Assembly (NCBI GenBank): GCA_900316105.1
Contig: ONBR01000001.1
Span: 7,528-71,527 of the forward strand
Length of the DNA stretch: 64,000 bases
Direction: 5' to 3'
From: an uncultured Olsenella sp.
GTDB taxonomy: Bacteria; Actinomycetota; Coriobacteriia; Coriobacteriales; Atopobiaceae
The translations under genes were made by a program, and so were the position numbers. This document shows, piece after piece, positions 57,592-64,000 of this stretch. Within the stretch, counting starts at the first letter, position 1. Each line of letters starts with the position of its first letter. The notes under the pieces are model-generated. The model saw only the letters and a list, made by a program, of their open reading frames with translations. It was not told the DNA's origin and ran no database searches.

Positions 57592-58144
57592 GACCATTTA
57601 TGTGGTGCCTTTTCTGGCACTTATGAGCCCTTTGGACTCACCCTCTCGAAACTAGAACGGTTCGTTAGATAGATACGAGATGCAATGTACGTATTTCCAA
57701 CCACCCAGCGCCTCATCGTTTGGCGCTCTGGCTTCTGCGTACTTGTATCGGTACATCCGTCTGTCTGCTCGGAGACTAAAGCGGTAACTACCGCTGGAAA
57801 AGGCTTCTTAATAGTAGAGCCTAGAGGAAAAAGACGGGACTCGCGATACCAAGCACGCAGGCCTCGGAATTCTCTTCTGAACTGCCCATTGGCATCACCT
57901 CCCGTTTCGGCCACTGGGTTCTTAGTGGCGATTTCTTTTCTACTTGCATAATACCCTTTACCAATCCTTATTGCGTATCGTTCTGAATCCTGACCATGAA
58001 CGGCTGATATTTGGCGGTAAACGCGTAGATATTCCTGTTTATTACTAATATATCAAGCATTTGACTCAAATTTGAGCTCTCCATTCCCCGCTATCGTACA
58101 TGGGTAAAATAGTCATTCAAAAGCAGCAAGCGCGAGAGGAAACC

Positions 58145-60304
58145 ATGTCCGAAAGCACGAGTAACCATAGCGACGACCCAATCTTTGTCGAAGAGCAAGG
58201 ACATCTGGATGCCACCTTTGCCAAGCTCACCCAGATCAGGGATGACCTGACCGAAGCCTTGAACGTTCGCCACAAGAACGCGGCGCAGGACCTCAAGGAC
58301 ATGTCGGAGGAAGTCACCCGGGACTTCAGTGGTGCAGACGAGACCATGGAGACCCTTGCGGCTATCGAGACCCTCAATGCCGTCATCGACTCCTACAACC
58401 AGGCGCACGACATCGACGCAGAACGTCTGAGCAAGGTCCTGCTCCTGCTGCACCAACCCTACTTCGCAAAGGTAAGGCTGACCTACCCAAAGACTCACAA
58501 GACCAAGGATGTCTACATTGGCACCGTTGGCATCACGGACAATCATTACAAACCCCTGGTCATCGACTGGCGAGCACCCATAGCCCAGACCTATTACAAC
58601 CAGCAGATGGGCCCCTGCTCCTATGAGGTGGACGGTCGCACGATCCAGGTGGACCTCAAGCTCCGCCGGCAATTTGACATTACGGAGAACCGCCTGAACA
58701 ACTACTTTGATACCAGTGTTGCCATTCAGGACTCTCTCCTTTTGCAGGCCCTACGTCACAATCACAGCACCAAGCTCCAGGCAATCACGGCTACCATTCA
58801 GCGTGAGCAAAATCAGGTTGTGCGCCACGAGGACGTGCCCGTCCTCCTCGTCAATGGCATCGCAGGCTCAGGAAAGACCTCAGTCCTTCTCCAGCGCATC
58901 GCCTACCTGCTCTACCAGCAGCGTGATCGCCTAGACCCCAGCCAGGTCTACCTCTTTACGCCCAACGACATCTTCAAGAGCTACATCGACACGGTCCTGC
59001 CCTCAATGGGCGAAAAGAACCCTCAGACCTACACCTGGTCGGAATTCTTTGACAGCGTCGGTCTGAAGGACCGCGCGAAGGGTGAAGACACGGACCCGTC
59101 GGAGTTTCCTCGCATGGAGCAGGGAGTAAGCACACTCGAGCTGGAACCCGATGACTTCCGCAAAATTCGGGTCAATGGGACCCTCCTCCTCAAGTCCTCA
59201 CAGCTCAAGGGCTCGTGGGATAAGTTCCCTCGAGCTGCCATTGGTCCCAGGCGCTGCTCGCTGGCAAAGGAGGAGCTCCACGAGCGACTGGACCGCAGAC
59301 TGGCAAGCATGGCCAAGGACGAGGAGGTCCAGGACCAGCTTCTGTCCCTTGACCTGGATGACCAGCTACGTATTCTTGGCGAGATGATCTATCTAGACCC
59401 TTCTGACCACAAGGGTGTCCTGGAATATACAAAGCGCTATTTGCAGGCCCTCTATGGAGAGGCCCACGAGCAGATTGAGAAGGCCAGTTGGCTAGACATC
59501 GATCACATAGGCAGGCGTATCCTTGGCAAGGACAACCTGAACGGCATCGAGTGGCTCTACCTCTACCTGCTCCTCACTGGCGGCCATGCTCGCGACGCCC
59601 GCTATGTGATGATTGACGAGGTCCAGGACTACACGGTCGCTCAGCTCATGCTCCTATCCCGCTATTTCGAAAGTGCCCACTTCCTCCTCCTAGGTGACGA
59701 GCATCAGGCCATTCGTGAGGGTACGGCCAGCTTTGGCCAGATAAGGCAAATCTTCTCTAGCGCCTACGGAAACGTCGAGGAGTGCAGGCTTCTTACCAGC
59801 TACCGTTCCAGTCCCGAGATTACGGCACTCTTCTCTAGTCTCATGAGCAAGGATGAGCGAACCACGCTGAGCTCTGTTCAGCGCGAGGGCGTCATGCCTA
59901 CCGTCAAGGCCTGTCCCCAGGACAAGGATTCCTATCTGGCTGCACTTCAAGGCTATGTGGACGAGGCCCTTCGCGAGGCCGCACGGGCAAGGGAGCGGGG
60001 AGAGAATCTCCTTTGTGCCGTAATAGCCGCCGACAAAGCCCGAGCCAACTGGCTTAGAAAGCAGTTGGGGCCGGATGTCCTCGCCCTCCACAAGGGAAGC
60101 GGTCTTCCCGCAAACGGTGTCGTCGTCCTGGACCTTGCGCTGGCAAAGGGGTTGGAGTTCGACCAGGTCATCATCCCGGACGCACAGGCAGAGGTATACG
60201 GCAACGACGACCTCTCTCGCAGGCGTCTGTACACCGCCATCAGCCGAGCGATGCACCAGGTGACGGTTCTCTCCCAGGGACAGATGACGGAGCTCCTGAG
60301 CTAG
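58145..60304 (+). CDS. helD: HelD-like UvrD/Rep-superfamily helicase (RNA-polymerase-associated type)
   Basis: N-terminal coiled-coil arm, VIDWRAPIAQTYYNQ, GIAGSGKTS Walker A and DEVQDY. ATG 58145 follows GAGAGGAAA. Confidence 0.85.
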   Translation: MSESTSNHSDDPIFVEEQGHLDATFAKLTQIRDDLTEALNVRHKNAAQDLKDMSEEVTRDFSGADETMETLAAIETLNAVIDSYNQAHDIDAERLSKVLLLLHQPYFAKVRLTYPKTHKTKDVYIGTVGITDNHYKPLVIDWRAPIAQTYYNQQMGPCSYEVDGRTIQVDLKLRRQFDITENRLNNYFDTSVAIQDSLLLQALRHNHSTKLQAITATIQREQNQVVRHEDVPVLLVNGIAGSGKTSVLLQRIAYLLYQQRDRLDPSQVYLFTPNDIFKSYIDTVLPSMGEKNPQTYTWSEFFDSVGLKDRAKGEDTDPSEFPRMEQGVSTLELEPDDFRKIRVNGTLLLKSSQLKGSWDKFPRAAIGPRRCSLAKEELHERLDRRLASMAKDEEVQDQLLSLDLDDQLRILGEMIYLDPSDHKGVLEYTKRYLQALYGEAHEQIEKASWLDIDHIGRRILGKDNLNGIEWLYLYLLLTGGHARDARYVMIDEVQDYTVAQLMLLSRYFESAHFLLLGDEHQAIREGTASFGQIRQIFSSAYGNVEECRLLTSYRSSPEITALFSSLMSKDERTTLSSVQREGVMPTVKACPQDKDSYLAALQGYVDEALREAARARERGENLLCAVIAADKARANWLRKQLGPDVLALHKGSGLPANGVVVLDLALAKGLEFDQVIIPDAQAEVYGNDDLSRRRLYTAISRAMHQVTVLSQGQMTELLS

Positions 60305-60333
60305 GCATTCTCTCATTCCTCTTATAGTCACGA

Positions 60334-60374
60334 GGGACCCCCTTCCCAGTTCGAGGAAGGGGGTCCCACATTTT
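60334..60374 (+). terminator. Intrinsic terminator after helD
   Basis: GGGACCCCCTTCC-CAGTTCGA-GGAAGGGGGTCCC followed by ACATTTTG. Confidence 0.65.
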
Positions 60375-60391
60375 GCTCGTAGATTCGCTCG

Positions 60392-60423
60392 AAAAAAGGA
60401 CCCGGAGGCAAGCCTCCGGGTCC
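60392..60423 (-). terminator. Intrinsic terminator after the PFOR gene
   Basis: Minus-strand GGACCCGGAGGC-UUGC-CTCCGGGTCC followed by TTTTTTCG. Confidence 0.7.
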
Positions 60424-60447
60424 CAGTCATCTCATAAGCGAGAGAAC

Positions 60448-63987
<3,540 letters not shown>

Positions 63988-64000
63988 ATCCTCTCCTTAG

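Noticed and set aside
57822-57845. Plus-strand GAGGAAAAAGACGGGACTC, which superficially resembles the RNase P CR-I motif GAGGAAAGUCCGGGCUC
   Set aside because: Several near-invariant positions differ. The other conserved RNase P regions are not present in the right order on either strand.
57621-57914. 97-aa minus-strand ORF inside the helD/DUF3160 intergenic gap
   Set aside because: It has a GTG start with no Shine-Dalgarno and an Arg-rich product without a hydrophobic core. The region is better explained as structured non-coding RNA and is reported as a finding instead.
58061-58097. TTGACT plus TATCGT as a helD promoter
   Set aside because: The spacer would be 25 nt, far from the 16-18 nt optimum, so only the palindrome is reported.

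Overview
This is a high-GC (about 60%) bacterial chromosome segment. The ribosomal-protein sequences, together with a bile-salt hydrolase, pyruvate:ferredoxin oxidoreductase and flavodoxin, suggest an anaerobic gut actinobacterium of the Coriobacteriia type; that placement is inference only. All calls come from reading the sequence and the ORF track and from recalled family motifs. No database search was run.

Layout:
- 0.2-14.9 kb (minus strand): the str/S10/spc ribosomal supercluster, rpsL-rpsG-fusA-rpsJ, then rplC...rplX, then rplE...secY. It is interrupted at two points by non-coding inserts carrying intrinsic terminators and long palindromes (rpsJ/rplC and rplX/rplE). A third gap, rplW/rplB, holds a degenerate palindromic repeat.
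- 15-18.5 kb: arsR-metY, murI and an FKBP isomerase.
- 18.5-29.4 kb: an accessory-looking block rich in c-di-GMP genes. It holds a FIST-GGDEF, a Lon-type AAA+ ATPase with no protease domain, a membrane GGDEF, a SpoVAC/AEB-like membrane protein, an amino-acid binding protein, cysE, and a GGDEF-EAL gene split by one in-frame TAG.
- 29.7-38.6 kb: bile-salt hydrolase, ArsC/Spx-like protein, thioesterase, UDG-family protein, radical SAM protein, LCP protein, SixA, glycerate kinase and HtrA.
- 38.8-44.5 kb: an orphan atypical OmpR-type regulator, a glutamine-type ABC transporter with an unusual fused binding-protein/unknown-domain/permease, and glnA.
- 44.6-49.6 kb: Cys-rich membrane peptide, flavodoxin, DUF3793-like protein, a zinc-ribbon membrane protein, and an XRE / unknown / GIY-YIG cassette with an AT-rich repeat-bearing control region.
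- 49.8-64.0 kb: LysR regulator, Ski2-like helicase, engB, a zinc-ribbon DUF3160 pair preceded by a long structured leader, a HelD-like helicase and PFOR.

I saw no rRNA, tRNA, CRISPR array, transposase or integrase. The most system-like novelty candidate is the protease-less Lon ATPase flanked by diguanylate cyclases. The other notable items are a palindromic repeat family and three unclassified structured leaders.
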